Source of the DNA: Planctomycetota bacterium
GTDB taxonomy: Bacteria; Planctomycetota; UBA8742; UBA2392
Length of the DNA: 64,000 nt
NCBI GenBank assembly: GCA_015075515.1
Contig: JABTUE010000002.1
Location: 533,478-597,477 of the forward strand
Direction: 5' to 3'
Under the pieces are notes generated by a model. That model searched no databases. It was not told the DNA's origin and saw nothing but the letters and a program-made list of their open reading frames with translations. The number at the start of each line of letters is the position of its first letter. The stretch's first letter is position 1. Shown one piece after another: positions 27,722 to 36,630 of this stretch. The translations under genes and the position numbers were made by a program.

Positions 27722-30700
27722 ATGGTCGGCAAGCTGATCGAGCAATGTCTGCGGATGAAGCTGCTGGTGCTGATCGCCACGGCCGGCGTGATCGTATTCG
27801 GTTTCAAGGCGCTGCTGGATAACCCCAAGGATGCAATCCCCGACATCAGCGTAAACCAGGTGATCGTCTCCACTGAATGGATGGGACGAAGCCCCCAGGA
27901 TGTCGAAGACCAGATCACCTACCCGCTGGCAAGCGCCTTGCAGGCCGTGCCCCGGGTTGAAGACGTGCGCACGATGTCAGGGTTCGGCATGTCGCGCGTG
28001 TACCTGATTTTCGAGGACGGCGTGGACATCTACTGGGCCCGCGCCCGGGTGCTGGAGCGCATGGCCGTGGCGCAGGCAAACCTGCCCCAGGGCGTTACGC
28101 CCACGTTGGGCCCCGACGCCACGGCGCTGGGCCAGGTCTACATGTACACCGTTGACGGCCCATACGATCTGGCCGAGCTGCGCACGATCCAGGATTACAC
28201 GCTGCGCTACGCCCTGCTGCAGGTCGACGGGGTGGCCGAGGTCGCCAGCATCGGCGGGTTTGTCCGCGAGTACCAGGTCGAGATTGACCCGGAGAGGCTG
28301 CGCGCCCACGACGTCATGCTCGACGATGTCGTCACAGCCCTCAAGAACTCCAACTTGGATGTGGGGGCCAAGGCCGTCGAAAAGGGCGGAGCCGAGTACC
28401 TGATTCGCGGCGTGGGATTCGTGAAGACCCTGTCTGACCTTGAACAGGTTGTCGTCAAGACCAACGGACACGTGGCTGTGCGCCTGTCGGACATTGCGCG
28501 GGTACAGCAAGGACCGGAGTTCCGGCGTGGCGCGCTGGCCGATGGCAACAGTGAGCGCGTTGGCGGCGTTGTCACCATCCGGTACGGCGCAAACCCGCTT
28601 GAAGTAGTGGAACGCGTCAAAGTGGAACTTGCGCGCCTGCAGACCACACTGCCGCAGGGAATCCAGGTCACTTCATTCTATGACCGGACCGAGCTGATTC
28701 ATGAAACGCTCGACACTCTGCGCGACACACTGGTTGAAGAAATCATTGTCACTGCGTTGATCATCCTGATCTTCCTGCTGCACATACGCAGCGCGCTGAT
28801 CGTCGCCAGCACCTTCCCGCTGGCCATGCTGCTGGGCTTCATCGGCATGCAGGTGTTCGGGGTTTCCAGCAACATCATGAGCCTGGGCGGCATCGCGATT
28901 GCCATCGGCGACATTGCCGACATGGCGATCATCATGACCGAGGCGATCTACTTGGGCCTGCTTGACGACAAGGGTCGAAGCCCGCGAATTCAGGTCGTCG
29001 GCAATGCGGCCCGTGAAGTCGGCGGTGCCATCGTCACCAGCGTGGCGACCACGGTGATCAGCTTCATCCCGATCTTCGCCCTGACCGGCCAGAGCTACAA
29101 GATGTTTGCGCCCATGGCCTGGACGAAGACACTGACCCTGAGTGCCTCGTTGCTGCTTGCGGTGTGTCTGGTGCCCGTGCTGTGCTACATGTTCATTGGC
29201 GGGCGGACGGCCAAGCAGCTCGCGCCGCGTCAACGCCGATTCAGCGCTGTGCTGAAGTGGGTGGCGGCTCTGGGCATGAGCGCGCTGGTGGCTTGGGTCG
29301 TGATCCGTTCTGACCGGTACATCGAAGCCTGGCTCGGGCTGGATGCGGCCTTTGTCGCCGTGCCGGCCTTCCTGTTGGCGGCGCTTGGTGTGTTACGGGT
29401 CTGGGTCGAACCCCTCACGCCGATTGAATCCAACCCGGTTTCGCGCGCTCTGGTCGGAGTGTACCGGCCGACGCTGAGTCATTTCCTGCGTCGCGGCAGG
29501 CTGCTGTACGCATTTGCCGCGGTCTTCATGGTCCTTGGTGCCATGGCCGCCTTTGGCGCGCATGTGGTGTTATGGCCCATCAAGGCGCCGATGGAGGCTG
29601 CCGGCGGTGAACCCGACCGGATCCGCCCGATTGCCGCGATCCAAGACCACTACCCGGGTTTCGGCCAGGAGTTCATGCCGCCGCTGGATGAAGGTTCGCT
29701 GCTGTTCATGCCTTCGCTGCTCTCACAGGCCAGCCTTTCAGAGACACTGCGGGTGATGGAGTGGCAGACCCAGCAGATCATGACCGTGCCTGAGGTCGCC
29801 CAGGCCATAGGCAAGCTGGGCCGGGCCGAAACTGCCCTGGACCCCGCGCCGATCGGCATGATCGAGACGGTTGTGATCCTGAAGCCCCGCGACCAATGGC
29901 GGCCGGGCATGGACAAGAAGCAGCTCGTGGCCGAGCTTCGCCGTGTCACGGGACTGAAGGGCGCAGCACCAAGCTGGCTGCAACCGATCCAGACCCGCGT
30001 TGTCATGCTGTCCAGCGGCATACGCTCACAGATCGGGTTGGAAATCCTGGGTGATGATGCCAACCAGCTTGCGGAACTGGCGCTGGCGCTCGAACCGATC
30101 ATCAAGCAGGTTGAGGGCGCGGGCGACGTTGTAGCCATGCGCACCGGTGGCAAACCCTACATCGAGTATCGTCTGCGCCGGGAACGGATGCAGCACTATG
30201 GCCTGTCAGTGATGATGGTCCAGGAGACCATTGAGGCCGCGGTGGGCGGCATGAAGCTGACGACCACAGTGGAAGGGCGCGAACGCTACCCGGTGCGTCT
30301 GCGTTACGAACGCGATTTGCGCGACCGATTGGAAGACCTGGAACGCATTTTGGTCGCGACGCCCGGCGGCGCGCAGGTGCCGATCACGGAAGTGGCGGAC
30401 ATTGAATACGTGGTCGGCCCTTCCGAGATCCGCGGTGCAAACGGCAAGCTGGCCGGCTACGTCACATTCAACACGGTCGGCGTTGATGAAACACGCCTGA
30501 TCGCGCGGGTCGAAGAGCGCCTGCAGCAGGCCATCAACAACAAGGAGATCGACTGGCCGTCGGGCTACTCCTTCAACTGGGTCGGCCAGTACCAGGAACA
30601 GCAGCGCACAAACCAGCGCCTGATTCTGATCGTGCCGGTGATCCTTGCGTTGATTCTCCTGATCCTGTACCTGCACTTCCGCAGGTGGTCCTACACCCTG

Positions 30701-31198
30701 ATCGTGTTCTCAGGCCTTCCGCTGAACCTCGCGGGCGGGGCGCTGATGATCCGGTACTGGCCCTGGCTGCAAAACCTGTTCACGGGCCAGCCTCAGGGCC
30801 CGCCGGTCTATGTGACGGTCGCAGTCATCGTGGGATTCCTGGTGCTGGCCGGGGTCGCGCTGAATGACGGCGTGGTCGTAGGCACCTACATTGAACAGCT
30901 GCGGCAACGCAAGCCGCCCCGAACGATTCAGGACATGCGCGATCTTGTCACCGAGGCCGGAAGCCGCCGCGTGCGCCCGGCATTCATGACCCTGCTGACC
31001 AGCCTGATCGGACTGTTGCCCATCCTGTGGGCGACCGGCCGGGGCAGCGACGTGATGCAGCCCATGGCTCTGCCGATCTTCGGCGGGATGCTGATTGACG
31101 CGGTGTCCATGTTCATGGTGCCCGTCGTCATGTGCCGCTGGCACGAATGGCACCTGCGAGCGGAATTGAAACGTGCCAGTTCGACTAGTACCGCCTGA
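27722..31198 (+). CDS. Heavy-metal efflux RND pump (CusA/CzcA family, HME-RND)
   Basis: 1158 aa, 12-TM two-repeat RND architecture with large periplasmic loops; conserved charged-residue relay AIGDIADMAIIMTE in TM4. Confidence 0.9.
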   Translation: MVGKLIEQCLRMKLLVLIATAGVIVFGFKALLDNPKDAIPDISVNQVIVSTEWMGRSPQDVEDQITYPLASALQAVPRVEDVRTMSGFGMSRVYLIFEDGVDIYWARARVLERMAVAQANLPQGVTPTLGPDATALGQVYMYTVDGPYDLAELRTIQDYTLRYALLQVDGVAEVASIGGFVREYQVEIDPERLRAHDVMLDDVVTALKNSNLDVGAKAVEKGGAEYLIRGVGFVKTLSDLEQVVVKTNGHVAVRLSDIARVQQGPEFRRGALADGNSERVGGVVTIRYGANPLEVVERVKVELARLQTTLPQGIQVTSFYDRTELIHETLDTLRDTLVEEIIVTALIILIFLLHIRSALIVASTFPLAMLLGFIGMQVFGVSSNIMSLGGIAIAIGDIADMAIIMTEAIYLGLLDDKGRSPRIQVVGNAAREVGGAIVTSVATTVISFIPIFALTGQSYKMFAPMAWTKTLTLSASLLLAVCLVPVLCYMFIGGRTAKQLAPRQRRFSAVLKWVAALGMSALVAWVVIRSDRYIEAWLGLDAAFVAVPAFLLAALGVLRVWVEPLTPIESNPVSRALVGVYRPTLSHFLRRGRLLYAFAAVFMVLGAMAAFGAHVVLWPIKAPMEAAGGEPDRIRPIAAIQDHYPGFGQEFMPPLDEGSLLFMPSLLSQASLSETLRVMEWQTQQIMTVPEVAQAIGKLGRAETALDPAPIGMIETVVILKPRDQWRPGMDKKQLVAELRRVTGLKGAAPSWLQPIQTRVVMLSSGIRSQIGLEILGDDANQLAELALALEPIIKQVEGAGDVVAMRTGGKPYIEYRLRRERMQHYGLSVMMVQETIEAAVGGMKLTTTVEGRERYPVRLRYERDLRDRLEDLERILVATPGGAQVPITEVADIEYVVGPSEIRGANGKLAGYVTFNTVGVDETRLIARVEERLQQAINNKEIDWPSGYSFNWVGQYQEQQRTNQRLILIVPVILALILLILYLHFRRWSYTLIVFSGLPLNLAGGALMIRYWPWLQNLFTGQPQGPPVYVTVAVIVGFLVLAGVALNDGVVVGTYIEQLRQRKPPRTIQDMRDLVTEAGSRRVRPAFMTLLTSLIGLLPILWATGRGSDVMQPMALPIFGGMLIDAVSMFMVPVVMCRWHEWHLRAELKRASSTSTA

Positions 31199-31347
31199 CA
31201 GGCCCCGCCTGGCCGCGCTGTATCCTGTGGTGGTCACCCTGAACGATAGCCCGCATGTGCGTCCCGGCTCTCGGCCGTAGATGTCGGGCCTGACCCATAC
31301 TTCTAGTCAGCAGACTTGCAGCCCCACTTGGGGGCCAAGGAGGTCCC

Positions 31348-33093
31348 ATGCCTATACAACTGGTTGTTCGCGCGGATGCGTCGAGCACCCTGCGCAACAT
31401 CTTGAACTACTCTTCAGGCAACTTTGCGTGGGTCCAGGAGCTGCTTCAGAACGCGCGTCGTGCTGAGGCTTCCGAGGTGCGGGTTGAAATCGATACCCGC
31501 GCTGGCACCGTCACCGTGACCGACAACGGCCACGGTGTGCTTGACCCGCAGGACCTGATCAACATCGGCAAGTCCGACTGGGCCGAGGGTGTCAGGGCCG
31601 AACGCCCCGCCGGCATGGGCCTGTTTAGCGTGTTCAAGCTGGGCGGCCTGGCCGAGGTGCGTTCCGGCCGCTGGCGGCTCACGCTGGACTACGAGGCAAT
31701 GTGCGCCGGCAAGCCTGCGGTCTATGAAGGCCTGCTGCCCGCAATGAAGGGCACGCAGGTCAGGGTCAGCCGGCTGCACCACGCGTTTGGCAGCCACGAC
31801 ATGCCCCACGTTGAGGGCTATGCCCAACAGTGGCAGCGTCAGGCCGAGTTCATGCCCTTCCGCACCACGATCATCGTTGACGGCGCCAGCCGCGTCGTTG
31901 ACCCCTACAGCCCGCAGGCTGTGCCCAAGGGTGCCCTGCGCGCGGACACCTCGTGGGGCTTCATTGATCTGCACACCGAACCGCCGGCCCGCGGCGACCA
32001 CGCCGGCGTGGCGCTGATCCGGCAGGGCATCTCGACCCGGCTCAAGGGCCTTTCCGGCCCCTCAGACATGGCCTGGGTGCGCATCCATGCCCGGCCGGGC
32101 ACGGTCAGCTTCACCCTGCCTGACCGCGATGCGATCATTGAAGACACCGACTACCGCAACCTGGTCACCGAGGTCCAGCAGCCCCTGGTGCAGGCCGTGA
32201 TCGGTCGCACCTTTCAGTTTGGCGACGACAAGGCCCGCCAACGATTGTCCAGCCTGGTCTATGCCTGGAACCCGCTGCGGGTGATTGACCTGCCCCCGGA
32301 CCTGCAGCACCTGCAGCTGCGCCAGGATCGCGATTACCTGTACACGCTGACGCGCCAGCAGGTGGCCGAGCGGCTCTCCAAGGGCGCCTTGGCCTGTGCC
32401 TTTGAGCCCCAATACCACACGACCCTTGAGCTGGTGCCCAACGAGATGCTGCAACTGGCCTCAGGGCAGGCCCAGTTGTTCAAGGCCATGTTCCCTGATG
32501 TGCCGCTGATAACCGAGATCCGCTTCGGCATCACGGCCGACGACCGCAGCGACCTGCTGTGGCGTTGCGAGCGCGTTACCTACAGGTTCGACACTGGCGA
32601 GACCCGGGAGGTCCAGCCGGTGCCGGAACAGACCGTGTTGGCTGACGGCGACCTGGAGGGCGAGTTCGTGCCCGACGACCGAGATCGAGCCGACTTCCGC
32701 AGCGGCAATGACTTTGCCGTGGTGCACAGCTGCGCCGACGCTGTGGCCTACCCGAACCTGGATCCGTGGCACGCCTGGCACGAGGAAGAACTGGACCAGG
32801 AACAGGCCGACGAACTGTGGCGCACCAGCGACCTCGCCGTGCACATCGCGGCGAAGTGGCCGGGTGTGCCGGCCAATGACGTGATTCCGGACGAACTGGT
32901 CACGCTGCTGCGCGATCGGCTGGCCGACGGCAAGGACTGCCGGCTGCGCTTTGCCAACGCCAAGTTCGAGCTGGGCTGGGGCAACCAGCTAAGCATCCGG
33001 TCCATACTGGTCGAGGTTGTCGAGAACGGAAAGGTCACCCGCAAGGTGCGCCTGGTCGAGAACTGCGGCTACCTGCAGGAGGTGAAGCTATGA
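31348..33093 (+). CDS. GHKL-superfamily (HATPase_c-like) ATPase domain protein, function unknown
   Basis: N-box ELLQNARRAEASEV and G1 box VTVTDNGHGV in first 70 aa; remaining ~480 aa unassigned; AAGGAGG RBS before ATG. Confidence 0.5.
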   Translation: MPIQLVVRADASSTLRNILNYSSGNFAWVQELLQNARRAEASEVRVEIDTRAGTVTVTDNGHGVLDPQDLINIGKSDWAEGVRAERPAGMGLFSVFKLGGLAEVRSGRWRLTLDYEAMCAGKPAVYEGLLPAMKGTQVRVSRLHHAFGSHDMPHVEGYAQQWQRQAEFMPFRTTIIVDGASRVVDPYSPQAVPKGALRADTSWGFIDLHTEPPARGDHAGVALIRQGISTRLKGLSGPSDMAWVRIHARPGTVSFTLPDRDAIIEDTDYRNLVTEVQQPLVQAVIGRTFQFGDDKARQRLSSLVYAWNPLRVIDLPPDLQHLQLRQDRDYLYTLTRQQVAERLSKGALACAFEPQYHTTLELVPNEMLQLASGQAQLFKAMFPDVPLITEIRFGITADDRSDLLWRCERVTYRFDTGETREVQPVPEQTVLADGDLEGEFVPDDRDRADFRSGNDFAVVHSCADAVAYPNLDPWHAWHEEELDQEQADELWRTSDLAVHIAAKWPGVPANDVIPDELVTLLRDRLADGKDCRLRFANAKFELGWGNQLSIRSILVEVVENGKVTRKVRLVENCGYLQEVKL

Positions 33094-33305
33094 CCACGCC
33101 GCTCAGGCAGGGCAAGAAGCTCGCAAGGGTCGTCCCCAGCCGCAGCCACGACGCCCGCAAGACCAAGCGAATGTTCGTCGAGCTTGATCACACAGGCCTG
33201 TTGCCGGAGATCCGCCTCCAGCCGGCAGGGAAACGCAGCGGGGTCAACATCACCGTGGACGGGTGCTACGAGATGCTGGTGAAGCTAGTGGTTCAACATT
33301 TTTGA
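33090..33305 (+). CDS. Small ORF translationally coupled to GHKL ATPase; 3' end lies inside IS630 element
   Basis: ATGA overlap with upstream stop; last six codons are IS630 terminal sequence. Confidence 0.25.
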   Translation: MTTPLRQGKKLARVVPSRSHDARKTKRMFVELDHTGLLPEIRLQPAGKRSGVNITVDGCYEMLVKLVVQHF

Positions 33306-33347
33306 TTCAGTCGGTGGCGTTGGCTTGCCGATGGGTGGGTATCCACC

Positions 33348-33806
33348 TTGAGGAGCCTTCCCATGGCCAAGCGCTACATCGTCCGCCTCACCGCTGAAGA
33401 ACGGGATCAGCTTACCGCCCTCGTCAAGACAGGCAAAGCGGCCGCCAAGAAGCGCCTGCATGCCCAGGTCCTGCTTCTGGCCGACGCTGACGGGCCGAGT
33501 CTGATCGACGCCCACATCGCCACCGCCTGCCGGATCCACGTCAAGACCATCGAGCGCATCCGCCGCCACTTCGTTCTCGACGGCCTCGAACGCGCGCTCA
33601 ATCGCAAGAAGCAGGAGCGTCCGTCCCGCCAGCCGAAGCTCGACGGCCGCGGCCAAGCACGGTTGACCGCCTTGGCCTGTTCCAAAGCGCCCGATGGCCG
33701 CGCGAACTGGACGTTGGAACTTCTTGCCGACGAGCTTGTGCGCCTGAACATTGTGGACTCCATCTGTGGCGAAACCGTGCGGCGCTATCTTCAAAAAACG
33801 AGTTGA
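33348..33806 (+). CDS. IS630-family transposase, N-terminal HTH part (OrfA)
   Basis: Helix-turn-helix-rich 152 aa; ends at A6 slippery run (33793-33798). Confidence 0.7.
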   Translation: MRSLPMAKRYIVRLTAEERDQLTALVKTGKAAAKKRLHAQVLLLADADGPSLIDAHIATACRIHVKTIERIRRHFVLDGLERALNRKKQERPSRQPKLDGRGQARLTALACSKAPDGRANWTLELLADELVRLNIVDSICGETVRRYLQKTS

Positions 33807-34495
33807 GGCCGCACCAAAGCGAGTACTGGTGCATCCCGCCCAAAGAGAATGCGGCTTTCGTGGCGCAGATGGAGGAGGTGCTTGATCTGTACCACGCGCC
33901 CTACGACCCGTCGTGTCCGCTGGTGTGCATGGATGAGTCGCCCAAGCAGCTTGTGGCGGAAACCCGCAGCCCCTTGCCGATGGAGCCGGGCAAGCCGCGT
34001 CGCTTTGACTATGAGTACGAGCGCAAGGGCATTGCCGAGATCTTCATGTTCACCGAGCCGTTGACCGGCCTGCGCTGGGTGAACGTGCGGGAGCGCCGCA
34101 CCAGGAAGGACTGGGCCGAGCAGGTGCGCTGGCTGCTGGAAGAAATCTTCCCCTGCGCGGCCAAGGTCACGCTGGTGTGCGACAATCTGAACACTCACAC
34201 CAAGGCCTCACTCTACGAGGCCTTCGATCCGAAGACGGCCAACAGGCTGGCGAAGAGACTGGATCTGCGGCATACGCCCAAACACAGAAGCTGGTTGAAC
34301 ATCGCCGAGATTGAACTCAAAGCCCTCTCAACGCAATGCCTGAACCGGCGCATCCCCGACTTGGCGACGCTGGCAAGCGAGACGCGGGCGTGGCAACATG
34401 GGCGCAACGCCGCGAGCCGGAAAGTTGACTGGCACTTCACCACCCAAGACGCACGCACCAAACTGAAAAGCCTTTACCCGACAACTCAATCGTGA
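33803..34495 (+). CDS. IS630-family transposase, DDE catalytic part (OrfB)
   Basis: VCMDESPKQL..., LVCDNLNTH, NIAEIELKALSTQCL motifs of IS630/Tc1 DDE domain; reached from OrfA by frameshift. Confidence 0.7.
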   Translation: MRPHQSEYWCIPPKENAAFVAQMEEVLDLYHAPYDPSCPLVCMDESPKQLVAETRSPLPMEPGKPRRFDYEYERKGIAEIFMFTEPLTGLRWVNVRERRTRKDWAEQVRWLLEEIFPCAAKVTLVCDNLNTHTKASLYEAFDPKTANRLAKRLDLRHTPKHRSWLNIAEIELKALSTQCLNRRIPDLATLASETRAWQHGRNAASRKVDWHFTTQDARTKLKSLYPTTQS

Positions 34496-34522
34496 CGAAC
34501 CACTAGCCTTCAGAGGTGCAAC

Positions 34523-35032
34523 ATGGTCACAGAGGATCCACTTGCTGTCGTCCACTACGAGGGAAAGTGGACTTGGTACCGGAGCGAAGTGGACTATTGG
34601 GTACTCGATAGTCGGCGATGGGTAGATGCGTTCATACGAGAGGGTTACGACGTTGGACCCGACCCCTATGGAGATCGCTTCGGCATTGAGATCGTCGACG
34701 ACAAAAACTTCGGATCCTTCTTAGCCAAAATGGACCCATTCAAAGTCAAGATCGACGAGGTCGCGGCTGAGCTGTGGGAAGCATATCGGAGGAACACTTC
34801 TTCATGGTGGGATGTCGCACACCTCTTCCCTCAGATTTGGTTAGATGCCGACCTCAAAGTATTGCGATCTGTGTACGGTGATGGTGTGGAGCTTGAAAAG
34901 TATGTGCCCCCTGGTTGGCGTGGTCTCTACATTGATTTCCTTTCCGCGTCTGGCGATTCGCTACCCGAGGCAATGCAGTACTGGAAAAAAGGGAAGGTCA
35001 ACTTGCTAGAGCATTTCAAAGGCCGCGTGTGA
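34523..35032 (+). CDS. Hypothetical protein in low-GC segment between two IS elements
   Basis: 169-aa ORF, Trp/Tyr/Asp-rich, no recognised motif; local GC visibly lower than surroundings. Confidence 0.4.
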   Translation: MVTEDPLAVVHYEGKWTWYRSEVDYWVLDSRRWVDAFIREGYDVGPDPYGDRFGIEIVDDKNFGSFLAKMDPFKVKIDEVAAELWEAYRRNTSSWWDVAHLFPQIWLDADLKVLRSVYGDGVELEKYVPPGWRGLYIDFLSASGDSLPEAMQYWKKGKVNLLEHFKGRV

Positions 35033-35290
35033 GTGCGGACAGGCTCAGTGCTGAACTCGATCCTTCTTGGTGTGGCTGTCGCCTGATGACGCACGAGAAA
35101 TGAGTGCTTTAATTGCTGGAATGGCTCAGAGCCCCCTAGCGCCTTCAAGCGGTTAGTGATCACCGAAATCAGTCTGTTGGCGTAGTCCGGAGTCGAACAC
35201 AAGGCTTGGAGTCGAAAAATGCGTCATCTTGCTAACTCACCCTGCTTGATCTTGCTAGGCTTGCTTCTTAGAGGCTGTTTCAAAACCATT

Positions 35291-35677
35291 CTAACTCCGT
35301 AATGCCTTGTTGAAGCAGATCATGGCGGCGGCGAGGGTATGAAACCCGATCAGGCTCAGAGGCGTCTTCTCGTAACACACGCGCAACCTGCGCCAGGCCT
35401 TGAACCACGGGATCGTGCGCTCCACCACGTACCGCAGTTTACCCAGCCCGCTGCCGTGGGTGTTGTCTCCGGGCCTTGCCAGCAGAGACTTCACGCCCAT
35501 GGCCTTGACCCGAATGATGTTCCACTCCCATCCGTAGCCGCGATCCGCAAGGTAGTACTCGGGCCGGCAGATCGGTGGTCCCGCACGGCCGCGAATCGGC
35601 GGGATGGCGTGCAGCAAGGGCAGCGCGAGGTGCCCGTCCGGCACGTTGGCGCCCGTGAGGAAGTGCGCCAGCGGCAC
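35291..35677 (-). CDS. IS5-family transposase C-terminal DDE part
   Basis: YLADRGYGWEWNIIRVKAMGVK...VVERTIPWFKAWRRL motifs of the DDE_Tnp_1 family; separate frame from N-terminal ORF (programmed frameshift typical of this group). Confidence 0.7.
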   Translation of the reverse strand: MPLAHFLTGANVPDGHLALPLLHAIPPIRGRAGPPICRPEYYLADRGYGWEWNIIRVKAMGVKSLLARPGDNTHGSGLGKLRYVVERTIPWFKAWRRLRVCYEKTPLSLIGFHTLAAAMICFNKALRS

Positions 35678-35694
35678 GCCGTTGGCGTCGGTGA

Positions 35695-36093
35695 TCAGGT
35701 GGTGCTTGCAGCCTTGCTTGGCACGGTCGGTCGGGTTCGGGCCGGTGTGGGCCCCCCAAAAACCGCACGCATGGAGACGCTGTCGGCAACAGCGCGGGAG
35801 AGGTCAATCTTGCCCTGCCTGTTGAGCCTGGCCAGTGAAAGCTTCCAGATGGTCTGCCAGATGCCGGCTTTGGTCCAGTCCTTGAAGCGTCGCCAGCAGG
35901 TGGCCGGGCTAGCGGCTCCAAGCTCGGCCGGGATGCTGTTCCAGGCCCCGCCGGACTTGAGCACAAAGAGGATGCCCAGCAAACAGGCACGGGGATCGGC
36001 AACGGGCCGCCCGCCCTTTGGTTTGGGACGTTCGGGGGGAAGCAGGGGTTGGACGACGCTCCAAAGTTCATCGCTGACCAAGGGTCGAGGCAT
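35695..36093 (-). CDS. IS5-family transposase N-terminal part
   Basis: GGRPVADPRACLLGILFVLKSGGAWNSIP...WRRFKDWTKAGIW, the DUF4096-like N-terminal region typical of IS5/IS427 transposases. Confidence 0.7.
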   Translation of the reverse strand: MPRPLVSDELWSVVQPLLPPERPKPKGGRPVADPRACLLGILFVLKSGGAWNSIPAELGAASPATCWRRFKDWTKAGIWQTIWKLSLARLNRQGKIDLSRAVADSVSMRAVFGGPTPARTRPTVPSKAASTT

Positions 36094-36630
36094 GGCATTC
36101 TCCAGGTTAATGGACCTATGCCAAACCTATCGGCCAGCCTCCCAAGCCAACTTTACTGGTTTTGAAACAGCCTCTAAGGGGCGGCTAACGGAGCGAGGGA
36201 CTGTGCCCCAGCCCCGCGGTTCGCGTCGGAGTCGAACTGTCCTTAGTCCGTGACTTCCCGCATTTTCTGTTGGCAGTTGAGGTCATGTGACCCCATGGGT
36301 TTGGTGCTTCAATGGCCGATTATTCGAATAATCGACCACTTACGGTTTTGTGCTCGATCATATTTGGCTGTTTACGACCTGGGTAGCCAGCGAAGCCCGC
36401 GACATGCCGGTTGGCGATTCTACACCTCCGTCGAGTCGAAGAGGTCTTTGTATGCCTTCGGGTCGGCTATGGTTCGGCCAGGTTCCATGTCGTAGATACC
36501 GAGCAGTTCGGCAAGTCTAGTCGCCTACCGTTTCACTATCACGGGGATCAGGACGCAGATCTGGACAGCATGGGACAAGTGTGTCTCGCAAGCCTTAAGA
36601 GGTTTGATGCAACTGCCTTTCAGGCTGCAA

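Larger units (their letters stand above)
33288..34503 (+). mobile_element. IS630-family insertion sequence with flanking TA duplication
   Basis: Imperfect terminal inverted repeats beginning GTGGTTC at 33288 and ending GAACCAC at 34503, each flanked by TA; internal two-ORF transposase. Confidence 0.7.
35269..36177 (-). mobile_element. IS5-family (IS427-group-like) insertion sequence with perfect 20-bp terminal inverted repeats
   Basis: TAGAGGCTGTTTCAAAACCA at 35269-35288 is the exact reverse complement of TGGTTTTGAAACAGCCTCTA at 36158-36177; two overlapping transposase ORFs inside. Confidence 0.8.

Noticed and set aside
35339-36253. 304-aa + strand ORF and 219-aa minus ORF within the IS5 element
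   Set aside because: Alternative frames of the IS; the two minus-strand ORFs with transposase motifs are preferred.
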